In this document: positions 1 through 9,594 of the stretch, piece after piece
Position numbering within the stretch: position 1 is the first letter of the stretch
How the letters are laid out: the number at the start of each line of letters is the position of its first letter
Position numbers and translations under genes: made by a program
Notes under the pieces: generated by a model
What the model was told of the DNA's origin: nothing
Seen by the model: only the letters and a program-made list of their open reading frames with translations
The model's database searches: none
Origin: a virus
Lineage: Duplodnaviria > Caudoviricetes
Direction: 5' to 3' (one strand)
IMG/VR virus record: IMGVR_UViG_3300006115_000009
Location: 1-64,000 of that record
DNA length: 64,000 nucleotides

Positions 1-245
1 GCGTCAAGCCACATAACCCAGTCGCCTGTTGTTTTGCTAAGAGCAAAATTACGAGCGGCAGAAAAGTCGTCAATCCATTTAAAATCGTAGACTTCAGCCC
101 CAAGACTTTTTGCTAACTCTTTTGTGCCATCAGTGCTTCCGGTGTCGACAATAATAATTTCGTCGACAAAAGTTTTTACGCTGTTAAAAGTGCGCTGCAA
201 TTTACGTTCAGAATTGCGCACAATCATGTGCAGCGAGAGTTTCAT
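1..245 (-). CDS. GT2-family glycosyltransferase, N-terminal part (truncated by window edge)
   Basis: Not in ORF track; my translation from ATG at 245 gives MKLSLHMIVRNSERKLQRTFNSVKTFVDEIIIVDTGSTDGT...FKWIDDFSAARNFALSKTTGDWVMWLDA, a typical GT-A fold start with a WLDA DxD-type motif. Confidence 0.88.
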   Translation of the reverse strand, partial: MKLSLHMIVRNSERKLQRTFNSVKTFVDEIIIVDTGSTDGTKELAKSLGAEVYDFKWIDDFSAARNFALSKTTGDWVMWLD

Positions 246-262
246 GGCACTAATTATACCAT

Positions 263-2521
263 TTAGGCTATGCGAACCGCAACTATTCCGGTTGTGGTAT
301 TTGCGGCGTAACCGTTTACGGGAGAAGACTGAACAATTGTGTATCCAGCGGTTCCAACGCTGTTGAAATAAACGCTGGTGGTGGAAACAAAGGATTGGAT
401 GGTCGTGATTGAAACAGTTTGAACCGTGTCGGTTGAAACAACCGTTGCCGCACCACTTGTATATGCGCTAGTTCCGCTTGCGCTGTTTGGTCCAAGCCAA
501 AGTTCAACCGTAGACGTGGCCGTACTGTATTTAACAACTGCTTGAGCCTGAATCAACCATGTACCGGTCGTTAAGGAAACGTTAGTAACGTTTACCGGAG
601 TTGTGCTGCCTCCACCGGCCGCCGAAATATAAGAAGTTACCTTTGAGCCAATTGACGCCCACGTTGGTGTTGACGCGATGCCTTGAGAAACAAGAATTTG
701 CCCAGTTGAACCAACAGTACTCCAAGTTGGAACATTTCCCAAAATGCTCAATACAGAGCCGGTGGCTCCAACTGGGCCACTCGACCACGCGGGAATTGTG
801 GCGTTGTTTGAATAAAGAACCGCTCCAGTAGCGCCAATTGCCAACCAAGAGGGCAAAGGGTTGGCTCCACTTGTAATAAATATAGAGCCGGTAGCACCAA
901 CGCTAAGAGGCGTATAGGCGGTGTTGCTTGAACCTACTGGGATTGCGCCTTTAGTGGGAGCCGTAGACGTATTAAGTCCACCGTTTGCTACATTCAAAAC
1001 ACCGGTAAGAACTATGTCGCCCGTTGTTGCTGTTGATGGGGAAAATCCCGTTGTGCCAGCAGAAAAAGATGAAACGTATGATGACGGGGTAGCGCCTTGA
1101 TAGCCTTGATATCCCTGGTTTCCCTGCGACCCATTTGTTCCGTTGGTTCCCGCGTTGCCTTGGTAGCCTTGATATCCTTGCGCGCCCTGAGAACCATTTG
1201 TTCCATTAGTGCCAGCGTTGCCCTGATATCCTTGATAACCTTGAGCGCCCTGTGAACCATTGGTGCCGTTGGTGCCCGCAATTCCTTGATATCCTTGCGG
1301 GCCTTGAGACCCGTTGGTGCCATTAGTGCCAGCGTTTCCTTGGTACCCCTGATAACCCTGCGAACCCTGAGAGCCGTTAGTGCCGTTTGTACCAGCGACT
1401 CCTTGATATCCCTGTGCGCCTTGAGTTCCGTTGGTGCCGTTTGTTCCGGCATTACCTTGATATCCTTGGTAGCCCTGAGAGCCGTTTGTCCCGTTTGAAC
1501 CAGCAACGCCTTGGTAGCCCTGAAAACCCTGCGTGCCCTGATATCCCTGCGCGCCTTGCGCTCCGTTTGAGCCGTTATTGCCTTGGTAGCCCTGAACGGA
1601 TGATTGGTATCCTTGTGGCCCCTGGTTTCCTTGGTACCCCTGAATACCCTGATATCCCTGAACACCTTGGGGGCCGGAAAAAGCAATCTGCTGAATGGCA
1701 AACAATACGGAGTCGCCCGCGGGAACGGTTGGGCCAGTTTGAGCCGGCACGGCGTAAATGCTAATGCTGCTTGAAGAAGGCGCCCAGCAAAGTTGATAGT
1801 AGTCTCCAGCATTTGCCGGAACGTTAAATGTTGCTATGCCCATAGCGGTGCCGTTTGTTCCGGAGTGCGCCCCGGGTACCGTTGTGTAGAGGTTGGTTGT
1901 GGGAATATCAACACCATTAAGGCGAATCCAAAGGTCGGCGTTGCCAATCTGCGAACCACTGTTGGCAAACATGACTTGATACGTTAGGGTGTAGTTACCC
2001 GCGTTTTGAATCTGCACGGCGGAGCCAGCAGTGGCCGCGTTGGTGCCAAACGTTGTTGAACCAGGGTTTAGAAGCGTAATGCCGTTGCCGAAAGCAGTGT
2101 TGTGAATGGCAACAAGGTTTACGGACGTTACAGAACCAGTTTGGCTTGTTGTGTCGTAAAAACCACCCCAGTAAGAGTTTGTTCCACCGGTACCTTGCGG
2201 GCCCTGCGGGCCTTGAGCCCCGCCAAAATTTACCAGCGAAAGAACAATGGCGTTATTGTCAACGGTAAACGCTACAACGCAAATAGTTCCGACGGGCGGA
2301 ATTGCGCTGCCCGGATATGGCATCGGTCCCCAAACGGTGTCGGGGCTCAGTGCCGAAATAACAACAGAAATCTGACCGCTTGGAATAGAGGCGGAAGTTG
2401 TTTCGTTTTGGTGAACAATGCCGTAATACACGCCCTCGTATTGTTTTGCAGGAATGAGGATGGGCGAGCCTTGCACTCGCATCATTGTCTGTAGTAATAC
2501 GTTGGGGTCGTTTGTGCGCAT
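263..2521 (-). CDS. Baseplate spike/tail-fibre protein: gpV-like N-terminus, C1q/BclA-like beta domain, collagen-like stalk, fibre repeats
   Basis: Follows the hub gene; N-terminal 'WGPMPYPGSAIPPVGTICVVAF' spike-type segment; long Gly-X-Y run; C-terminal GxxLxxxGxxxxPxW repeats. Confidence 0.7.
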   Translation of the reverse strand: MRTNDPNVLLQTMMRVQGSPILIPAKQYEGVYYGIVHQNETTSASIPSGQISVVISALSPDTVWGPMPYPGSAIPPVGTICVVAFTVDNNAIVLSLVNFGGAQGPQGPQGTGGTNSYWGGFYDTTSQTGSVTSVNLVAIHNTAFGNGITLLNPGSTTFGTNAATAGSAVQIQNAGNYTLTYQVMFANSGSQIGNADLWIRLNGVDIPTTNLYTTVPGAHSGTNGTAMGIATFNVPANAGDYYQLCWAPSSSSISIYAVPAQTGPTVPAGDSVLFAIQQIAFSGPQGVQGYQGIQGYQGNQGPQGYQSSVQGYQGNNGSNGAQGAQGYQGTQGFQGYQGVAGSNGTNGSQGYQGYQGNAGTNGTNGTQGAQGYQGVAGTNGTNGSQGSQGYQGYQGNAGTNGTNGSQGPQGYQGIAGTNGTNGSQGAQGYQGYQGNAGTNGTNGSQGAQGYQGYQGNAGTNGTNGSQGNQGYQGYQGATPSSYVSSFSAGTTGFSPSTATTGDIVLTGVLNVANGGLNTSTAPTKGAIPVGSSNTAYTPLSVGATGSIFITSGANPLPSWLAIGATGAVLYSNNATIPAWSSGPVGATGSVLSILGNVPTWSTVGSTGQILVSQGIASTPTWASIGSKVTSYISAAGGGSTTPVNVTNVSLTTGTWLIQAQAVVKYSTATSTVELWLGPNSASGTSAYTSGAATVVSTDTVQTVSITTIQSFVSTTSVYFNSVGTAGYTIVQSSPVNGYAANTTTGIVAVRIA
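1094..1675 (-). repeat. Collagen-like (Gly-X-Y)n coding repeat built from GYQ/GSQ/GTN/GNA triplets
   Basis: Visible in translation; higher-order 18-21 aa units such as GYQGYQGNAGTNGTNGSQGAQ. Confidence 0.95.
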
Positions 2522-3699
2522 TATTTAATTGCCAATGTTGTTGTGAGCGGGAACCCAGCAAGAGGCGCCGAGGTCGGGTTGTATACGGCAGAGAAAGGCA
2601 TCGGAACCTGAAGCGTCAAAGTGGCCTGCGGCAAGAACATGTCTCGCTGCATGCCGGAAATCATCCAGTATCCACTTCCGGGGCCAACACCCTGAACTTC
2701 AATAATCTGTCCTAGTTTGTATTGCCAATTGTCAAGCATGCAAGTAACAGTTGCTTGCGCGTAAGGCTTGTTAACGTCCCAGTCGTAGTCAATCAACTGA
2801 ACCGTTTCGGTGAACTCCCTAATGACGGGAACTTTGGCGTTCTTGATGTTTTGACCCGCGGCGGCAGTAACCAAAGCGTTCACGGGCGGGACTGCGTATT
2901 TTTTGCCATTGAACGTACGGATTTGGTCGGGAAGAATACCCAGCCAAAATTCGTCTGGGCCAAAGTAAATAATGTTGTCGTCTTCCCACAAACGCCAACC
3001 CACACCTGACGCCAACCGTGTCAAGCACGTCCAAGAGTCTTCAGCAGGGTCGGCTGTTGTTCCTCGACCGTAAGCAACGGGTGTCGCGGAACCTTTAGAA
3101 CCAGTAAGGTGTGCCCACTCTTGGGCGTAGTCCGGTCCAAGAAATCCGATGTGTTCGGCGGCAGGCAAAAAGGCGTTGGGGGCTTGAGCAAGGCTCTGCA
3201 TAAAGGCTGTTACACCAGTGGCGCTAACTTTTTGACCAATGACCCCACGCTGACTACGCAAAGTATTTACGGTTTGCGATTCAAAAACCAACTGAATCTG
3301 GTCCGACGCTTTTACAAACTGCGTCATTGTAAAATTGATTTTACGATTGTTTTCGTCTGTAATGCTGAGGGTAACGCCTTGCGAAATAATGCCGCCGTTA
3401 TTTATTTGCTGAACCAATTTGCGAAGCGGGTCGGTAAACTGCAACGTAATAGTCGACGTTCCCATTATCGTTTTTTGGATAATAGCGTTGTTTAGCCCCG
3501 CAATAAAGTCGGTGGGCATTTGCTGTACTTTTCGCGTCTTGGGGTCAGTCAAAGACAAAGAGTGCAAGTCAAACGGCCCAAACCCAATGGTTTTGTACGT
3601 GTAGGCGCCAAGGTCGACGGTAAGAGGAAGCGGATTGTTCGCAGATGCGTTAGGCTTTTTGCCCGACGAGTGTGCAGATGTTCGTGTCTTAGATGCCAT
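2521..3699 (-). CDS. Baseplate hub / late control protein D-like
   Basis: 392 aa, between LysM tube initiator and spike; C-terminal 'YKLGQIIEVQGVGPGSGYWMISGMQR' typical of gp27/gpD hubs. Confidence 0.7.
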   Translation of the reverse strand: MASKTRTSAHSSGKKPNASANNPLPLTVDLGAYTYKTIGFGPFDLHSLSLTDPKTRKVQQMPTDFIAGLNNAIIQKTIMGTSTITLQFTDPLRKLVQQINNGGIISQGVTLSITDENNRKINFTMTQFVKASDQIQLVFESQTVNTLRSQRGVIGQKVSATGVTAFMQSLAQAPNAFLPAAEHIGFLGPDYAQEWAHLTGSKGSATPVAYGRGTTADPAEDSWTCLTRLASGVGWRLWEDDNIIYFGPDEFWLGILPDQIRTFNGKKYAVPPVNALVTAAAGQNIKNAKVPVIREFTETVQLIDYDWDVNKPYAQATVTCMLDNWQYKLGQIIEVQGVGPGSGYWMISGMQRDMFLPQATLTLQVPMPFSAVYNPTSAPLAGFPLTTTLAIK

Positions 3700-3700
3700 G

Positions 3701-4552
3701 TTATGCGCTTGGCAGGATTATTGTTTGTCCAACAAGAGAGCCGTTGTAGAAAGAAGCCGGGTCCCGCAAGTTGTTTGCCGCCAAAAGTTTAGCAGCATAC
3801 GTCTGAATTGCAACTGAACCAGATACGACTCGACTCGCAATACCGTTAGGCGTATCACCTTGGCGCACAACGTACGAAGACATAGGCAACGTAAGAACGT
3901 TGGGGGCGTAAGAAGTTACCTGAACCGGAGTAGTTGTGGAGTTGTTGGTAATGTTTGCCGAGTAAACAGTGATTTGCGGGTTGTTGTTTTCCGGATTGTT
4001 TGTGTTTTGAACATTGGCAAGATTGTTTTGCGCCCAGGCTTTTGCCGGCGAATAGTTTTTGCTGTTGACAGACTGCCCTAGGGGCGAGTTGTATTCGTAC
4101 AGGGTGATGTGAGCATTTTGCTGAACACGCTGACCAATACCGTTACGAATGGCCTCCTTAAATTCAACGGAATAAAGAATCCAGTATCCGCTAACAACGT
4201 TATCGTTGGTGGGAAGCGGTCCGTCTACTTCAAGAATGGGGGGCTGGTACGTTCCGGGGACGGGAAGCAACCAACGCTCAATTTCTTGGCAACTTGCCTC
4301 AACCCCGCCAAAAGTATTAACGCCAACCCTTGGAGAATCAGTTACGCTTGCGCTCAAAATAATGTCAAATTCTAATTTGAACGGCGAACGGTCAAACCAT
4401 TGAACGGCGGCAACCTGTTTTGGACGGTCAATAACCTGCCAACCACCAGAAGTAAGGGGGCCAAAAGTTGCGTCTCCAGCCAATCCAGCGATTACTTGTG
4501 AGTAACCTTTTTGGGGCGGAATAAAAGTTACGATTCGATTGTTTTGAGACAT
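3701..4552 (-). CDS. Tail tube initiator-like protein with C-terminal LysM domain
   Basis: Directly after tape measure; 'YVVRQGDTPNGIA...AANNL...LVGQTIILP' LysM signature. Confidence 0.75.
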   Translation of the reverse strand: MSQNNRIVTFIPPQKGYSQVIAGLAGDATFGPLTSGGWQVIDRPKQVAAVQWFDRSPFKLEFDIILSASVTDSPRVGVNTFGGVEASCQEIERWLLPVPGTYQPPILEVDGPLPTNDNVVSGYWILYSVEFKEAIRNGIGQRVQQNAHITLYEYNSPLGQSVNSKNYSPAKAWAQNNLANVQNTNNPENNNPQITVYSANITNNSTTTPVQVTSYAPNVLTLPMSSYVVRQGDTPNGIASRVVSGSVAIQTYAAKLLAANNLRDPASFYNGSLVGQTIILPSA

Positions 4553-4560
4553 TTTAACCT

Positions 4561-7500
4561 TTAAGCGTTGCTAGTAGCGTTTTTTGCCCCAGTTACGGCG
4601 GCGGTGTGAATTACTTTGGTCCCCGCTGGGCTTGTAAGAGCGGATACCATTGCCGCGGCAAATTGCGAAGCGGTAAGGCCGAGTTCTGCGTAAACCTGCT
4701 TGTTTGCCGCAGCAGCCATGTTTGCAAAGTCCGAAATGGTCTTGGGGCTAAATTCCATCTTGCCGTCAATTGAACTAGCAATTGACTTGAGGTGCTTAGC
4801 GGCTTCCGCCAGTTTTTCGGACTGCTCCTTGTAGGCTTTTGCAACTGCGCCAGTAGAACTTTTGGCAAGAGCAGCGTCTTCCTTTGACTGCTTTGTCAAT
4901 GAAAGCGAATTAATCATTGCCTTCATGTAAGCAGAGTAAGCGCTGTTGGGGTCCTTGGCGCTAAAAGAGTAAGGGTTGTTAGTTACTGTTCCGTAACCAC
5001 GAGCACCGTGGAAAACGGTGCTGCTTGGCAACATGCTAGCAATGAGAGCATTGGCTGCAATTGCAGAACGCCCAGCCTTAATTGAGTTAAACCAGTTAGG
5101 GTCTTTCTTCATCAAAAACCCCTGGAAGTTGTTTTCCAGGCTTGACGCCAATTGGCCCCGAGTCCCGCCAAGGATGCTGTTGAAGTTAGCAAGGTTGTGT
5201 TGACCCAAAGCAGCCGACAAAGCCATTTGCGTTTGTGGGTCAAGATTCTTCATAAGCCCGCGCATTTTGATGTAACGCTGAAGTTCCTTCCACGAGCCAG
5301 CGTTGTTTCCGCGCCCGTGCCCCAGAATCTGATTCTCCAATTGCTTCATAGAAGTGGCGGAGGTGAACTGAGCGTAGGTCTTTTTGAATCCAGCCTCGCC
5401 GCTAAGACCGTTGTATACGCCTGTCAACGTGCTTACGTTTCCGCCGTACTTCTTAATGGCGGCAATGTCCGCAGTTGTGCTCTTACCGGCCATCAAGTCT
5501 GATGCGTACTTGCTTTGAGCGTTCTTAAGCGCAATTTGCGCGGCGGTTAGTTTGGCCTTAACGCTTGTAGGCGTAGCAACTGTAGGCGCGGCAGTGGGAC
5601 CGTGGCCACCAAAGAAACTAATAATGCTTCCGATGCCCTTGGTGATGTACGGCATAGCCATTGGCATCAGAACCGACATTGCGGCCATACCAAGAGGGCC
5701 ACCAAGCGCGCCAAGCCCGCTACCAAGAAGGTCGCCAACTCCCATTTCGCCAATACTGCCAAAACCGACTTTTTCAAGAAGGCTTGTGCCGGCCTTTTCA
5801 GCATCGCCGGCGATACCAGTGACGCCCTTCAACTTTGTGAAACTTGTTTCAATAAGGTTCTTGGCCTCGGAGCCGAATCCCTTACCCAAGTCGCTTCGAG
5901 TTGCGGTGTAGAGGTCACGCAAAGCAGCCTTAGTTACGGGGCCGCCCTCAGCATCCTTAAGCGCCTGACGCTCAACGGCGTTAAGCAACTTGCCGTCTAT
6001 TTCGTTCTTGGCCTTCTTTTCAATCTCGCTCTTGGCCTTGTTTTCAAGGTCTTTTTCAAGACGCTTTTCTACGCCCTTTGCGCCGCGGCCTCCGCCGCCT
6101 CCGCCTCCGCCAACGCCTCCGCGCTCTTCGGAGTAGACAAACTTATCCACAGCCCCGGCAAACACGTCGGTGTAGCGGCCGTAAAGCATACCGGCCTTTT
6201 CCAATTCGGTCTTGCCGGCCATGTCAGCGACTTCGCGGAAACGCTTACCGCCGCCACCCAATTCGTGAAGGGTGCGCTGCATAAGAGAGTCTTTAGGGAA
6301 TGCCTTAGCCAGAGTGTCCCAAATCTTGCCAGTTCCCTTGTAAATTCCTCCAAGGACCCTGTAACCTCCTAGGCCAACTTGGCCGATTTTAGCCAAACCT
6401 GCGGCGCCAAGAAAGACGCCAAGAAGGGATACGAGAGGGATTAAGACCGCCTTGGTCTTGGTCAGCCAGTTAACAACGTCCATGCCGTAGCCGGCAATCT
6501 TAAGGAACGTAGGAGTAATAGCCTCACCAATTTTGATAAGGTCAACTTGAAAACTCTCAACCAATCGACGCCATTTTGCGGCGGGAGTGTTAAGGGCCAT
6601 GTTAACGTCTTTGTTGTACGTTTTGGCGTTGGCGTTGGTCTTAATGTTGGATTCGATACCAAGAAGGCGGTTGTAGCCAGCAATAAGACTTTCAATGGTA
6701 GTGAACTGCTTAGTACCACCAAAAGCCTTAGTAAGAATCATTGTGTTGGCTTGCAACTGTTGAGTTTGCGTCAACTTGCCGGCCATCCACGCGTCAATAA
6801 ATCCCTTGGGGATTTGGTTTACGCCCCACGCCTCCAACTGATTAATGGCGCCCTGACGGCCACCGGCGCCCTTGTACTTGGGGTAGTTAGCAAACGGATT
6901 AAACGTCTGCATCGAGTTCCTAAGCAGGTCAGCAGCACCGGTAAGACCCGTAAGCCCGTTGTATGTGGCGTGGCCAGAAAGAATCTTCTGCATTTCGCCG
7001 GGAGCAATACCAATCATGGCAAGGGCTTTAGCACCTTGCGTACCCTGGTTTGTCAAAAGGTTAAGACCAGAACGCACGTACGTACCTGCCATTGGGCCGG
7101 GAGTACCCGTGGAAGTCAAAAGACCAATCCACGACAAAACGTCCTGCATGCTAACGCCGTTAGCGGCAGCGGAGAGCAAAACACCCTTACCCAAAGCAGA
7201 GGTCATTTCACTCTGGCGAATGTCCGATGCACCAACACCAGCGTTAATGTAAGCGGCTGCTTGCGCAAAGGCGTTAGGGTTGTAGTTTGCCGCGTGCGGG
7301 TTTGTTGACTGTCCTACGCCACGAAGGCCGGCGTTAACCACGGCACTCAAAACACGCGCAGACTGTTCGCTCGAGGCGCCACCCTGAATGTTACCAAGCA
7401 CGTCCATGTTGGCAACCTGATTCACAAGGCCAGCAAGTTGTTGCTTAGTCGCACCCTTACCGCCGTTCCAACCGGCAGTACCAGAAGCAATGCGGTAGTA

Positions 7501-8154
7501 AGCGTTGGCAATGTCGTTAAGGGCAACACCTGTGCGCTTAGCGGTGTCAAGGGCTTGGGCGTTAAGGAATGGCAGTTCGTTCTTGTTGACGCCGGCCTGT
7601 GTGACCATCTGCGTCATCAACTTGTTGAAGTCCATGTATTGCTTGATGGACTCGTAGGCAACCCCACCTACGCCCAGGGCAGACCAAGTAGCGGCCTTCA
7701 TAATGGCCGGGGTGCCCAAGGAACTTAACTTGGTAAGGTTATTGTAGGTTTTGCTGTAACCCTCGTTGGCAAGACGAAGGTTGGTGTGGGCGTCGACATA
7801 AGCCTGAGTAACGCGCGACTGGCTAAGGGCCGCACGGTCGGCCATCGTAATTTGCTTTTCTTTGGCAGCCGTGTTTTCGTTTGTAACGCGAGTGTTATTG
7901 GCAACCGCGGTGTTTTGGTCATCAACGGCAGTTGTGGTTCCGTCTACGCCAAGTTTTGCTTTAGTCTGAGCATCTTCATAACGAACAAGTGAGTTAATAG
8001 CCTTGTCGCTAATAACGATTTGGTCTTCAAGGGCTACCGTACCCTTTTCAACGTCATCAGCAAACTTTACGGCGGCATCACCAGCAGCATTAAATTCGTC
8101 TACTACCGGTTGTAAGTCGGCTTCACCTGTTATATGAATATTCTGTTCGTCCAT
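4561..8154 (-). CDS. Tape measure protein
   Basis: 1197 aa, Ala/Gly-rich helical protein downstream of tail chaperones. Confidence 0.9.
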   Translation of the reverse strand: MDEQNIHITGEADLQPVVDEFNAAGDAAVKFADDVEKGTVALEDQIVISDKAINSLVRYEDAQTKAKLGVDGTTTAVDDQNTAVANNTRVTNENTAAKEKQITMADRAALSQSRVTQAYVDAHTNLRLANEGYSKTYNNLTKLSSLGTPAIMKAATWSALGVGGVAYESIKQYMDFNKLMTQMVTQAGVNKNELPFLNAQALDTAKRTGVALNDIANAYYRIASGTAGWNGGKGATKQQLAGLVNQVANMDVLGNIQGGASSEQSARVLSAVVNAGLRGVGQSTNPHAANYNPNAFAQAAAYINAGVGASDIRQSEMTSALGKGVLLSAAANGVSMQDVLSWIGLLTSTGTPGPMAGTYVRSGLNLLTNQGTQGAKALAMIGIAPGEMQKILSGHATYNGLTGLTGAADLLRNSMQTFNPFANYPKYKGAGGRQGAINQLEAWGVNQIPKGFIDAWMAGKLTQTQQLQANTMILTKAFGGTKQFTTIESLIAGYNRLLGIESNIKTNANAKTYNKDVNMALNTPAAKWRRLVESFQVDLIKIGEAITPTFLKIAGYGMDVVNWLTKTKAVLIPLVSLLGVFLGAAGLAKIGQVGLGGYRVLGGIYKGTGKIWDTLAKAFPKDSLMQRTLHELGGGGKRFREVADMAGKTELEKAGMLYGRYTDVFAGAVDKFVYSEERGGVGGGGGGGGRGAKGVEKRLEKDLENKAKSEIEKKAKNEIDGKLLNAVERQALKDAEGGPVTKAALRDLYTATRSDLGKGFGSEAKNLIETSFTKLKGVTGIAGDAEKAGTSLLEKVGFGSIGEMGVGDLLGSGLGALGGPLGMAAMSVLMPMAMPYITKGIGSIISFFGGHGPTAAPTVATPTSVKAKLTAAQIALKNAQSKYASDLMAGKSTTADIAAIKKYGGNVSTLTGVYNGLSGEAGFKKTYAQFTSATSMKQLENQILGHGRGNNAGSWKELQRYIKMRGLMKNLDPQTQMALSAALGQHNLANFNSILGGTRGQLASSLENNFQGFLMKKDPNWFNSIKAGRSAIAANALIASMLPSSTVFHGARGYGTVTNNPYSFSAKDPNSAYSAYMKAMINSLSLTKQSKEDAALAKSSTGAVAKAYKEQSEKLAEAAKHLKSIASSIDGKMEFSPKTISDFANMAAAANKQVYAELGLTASQFAAAMVSALTSPAGTKVIHTAAVTGAKNATSNA

Positions 8155-8171
8155 AAGTCGCCTTAAATAGA

Positions 8172-8205
8172 GAAAACCGCTACCCCCGAAGGAATAGCGG
8201 TTCCC
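8172..8205 (-). terminator. Intrinsic terminator-like hairpin between tail chaperone and tape measure genes
   Basis: Minus strand AACCGCTATTCC-TTCG-GGGGTAGCGGTT followed by T-run. Confidence 0.65.
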
Positions 8206-8238
8206 GTTACCGCCCGTTAAATTTAGGCGGAAATGTGG

Positions 8239-8466
8239 TTAGAAGATTTTAGCAAGTGTTTTCGCGACTTCTAGGCCAGTCAATTCCGCAAGAACTTTAA
8301 TTTCTTCTACTTTTCTTTCGCTGCTCAACTTCAAAGCCTTTTGAAGCATTGCAACATCAATGAGATACTCGTCCCTGCCTCGTTCAAGGATTGCACGGTA
8401 GTCCATGCCCATGAGAATCGCGTATGCTCCCGTTTCTATATACGGGTCATCATCGAGGCTTTTTAA
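8239..8466 (-). CDS. Tail assembly chaperone extension (GT-type product, -1 frame)
   Basis: Open -1 frame LKSLDDDPYIETGAYAILMGMDY...AKIF* begins at slippery GTTTTTTAAAAA overlapping the upstream stop. Confidence 0.65.
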   Translation of the reverse strand, partial: LKSLDDDPYIETGAYAILMGMDYRAILERGRDEYLIDVAMLQKALKLSSERKVEEIKVLAELTGLEVAKTLAKIF

Positions 8467-9023
8467 AAAACTTCGTCGGCCTCATCGTTGGCAATGTTGC
8501 TCCAGCGGAACAACTTGTTTGCCGTGTCAATCAGGTCGCCTTCAGTCAGGTAAAGAGCAATGCAAGAGTCGATGGCGCGCTTTGCGTCAATGCCAAGTGC
8601 TTCCGCAAGGTCGGGGTCAAACTTGGTCCAAGGACCAGTTGGGTTGTCGACACGAAGTGAGTACTTGACTGTAGCGTCGTTGTTGAAAACGCCATAAATA
8701 CCGACGCAGGAGTCAACCAGCATGTCGGCGTTGGCCAAGAATGACCAGTCGTCAGCCTTTGAGTTGCGACGCTTCATAATTGCGGCGTTAAGACGCACGG
8801 CAGATACAGGCTTAAAGCGAACGTAAATCTCGGGCTCGTCCCAGCGAGGGACCTTAATGTCAACGTACATGTCGTTGACAATCTTCTTGCGACGGTCCTT
8901 GAGGGACAGAAGGGGGGTCGCGTCCTCAGCGATGTGTTCCTGGAACGCAACCACCCCTTCGGTCTCTACAGAAGGTGCATTTTCCCCGTTGTTGATGATA
9001 AATTCAGCCATAAGTTCCTCCAA
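8463..9023 (-). CDS. Tail assembly chaperone (gpG-like)
   Basis: Acidic 186 aa protein between tube and tape measure, ending at a slippery site. Confidence 0.75.
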   Translation of the reverse strand: MEELMAEFIINNGENAPSVETEGVVAFQEHIAEDATPLLSLKDRRKKIVNDMYVDIKVPRWDEPEIYVRFKPVSAVRLNAAIMKRRNSKADDWSFLANADMLVDSCVGIYGVFNNDATVKYSLRVDNPTGPWTKFDPDLAEALGIDAKRAIDSCIALYLTEGDLIDTANKLFRWSNIANDEADEVF

Positions 9024-9075
9024 TGACTAGTCGTTTGAAATTTTACTGCAAGGCTGCTAAAAAGCAACCATTTGG

Positions 9076-9567
9076 CTACACGCCAGCGTTAAGGGTGCCA
9101 GCAGGAGCCGCGATGGTCTCACCGATGGTCTCGACCGAAATGTCGACCTCGTACATACGAGCAGAGTTGCTCATTGAGTCGGCGTTACCGTCCTTAACGG
9201 CAATGATGCGGCCGTTGTAAGTGCGGGGGTTGCCCCAGTTGGCGCCGGTGTCGTCCAGGGGCTGCAAGGTCACCGTGGCAACAGTGTTGCCAACAAAGCG
9301 GTGCAGTTCTGAAACGCGGTCGTGGTCTCCCTGGGTTTCGTAAACCTTGGTCAGCGTAATGTCAGTGATTGTAGGCATTGACAGGTACGTGATTTCGGGG
9401 CCCATGCCTCCTGGACGGTACTTGATTGGTGACGCGGTGACGTCCCCACCCGTGAACTTGTCGAAGACCACGGAGGTGTTGTACGAACTGCCCGGAACCG
9501 AGAGAGTGATTAGCCACTGCTGCTCAGAACCGTAATTGTGCGTTGATGTTTGTGCTACATTAGCCAT
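9076..9567 (-). CDS. Tail tube protein
   Basis: 163 aa after sheath; 'FDKFTGGDVTA...YRPGGM...DITLTK' gp19-like pattern. Confidence 0.8.
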   Translation of the reverse strand: MANVAQTSTHNYGSEQQWLITLSVPGSSYNTSVVFDKFTGGDVTASPIKYRPGGMGPEITYLSMPTITDITLTKVYETQGDHDRVSELHRFVGNTVATVTLQPLDDTGANWGNPRTYNGRIIAVKDGNADSMSNSARMYEVDISVETIGETIAAPAGTLNAGV

Positions 9568-9594
9568 TGTATTCTCCTAGAGGATTAAAGTTTG

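Noticed and set aside
6143-6151. Single TTATCCACA DnaA box
   Set aside because: Isolated and inside the tape measure CDS; expected by chance.
5602-7308. Long antisense ORFs over tape measure (also 1012-1812, 41921-42751, 56750-57598)
   Set aside because: Shadow frames of well-supported genes on the other strand.
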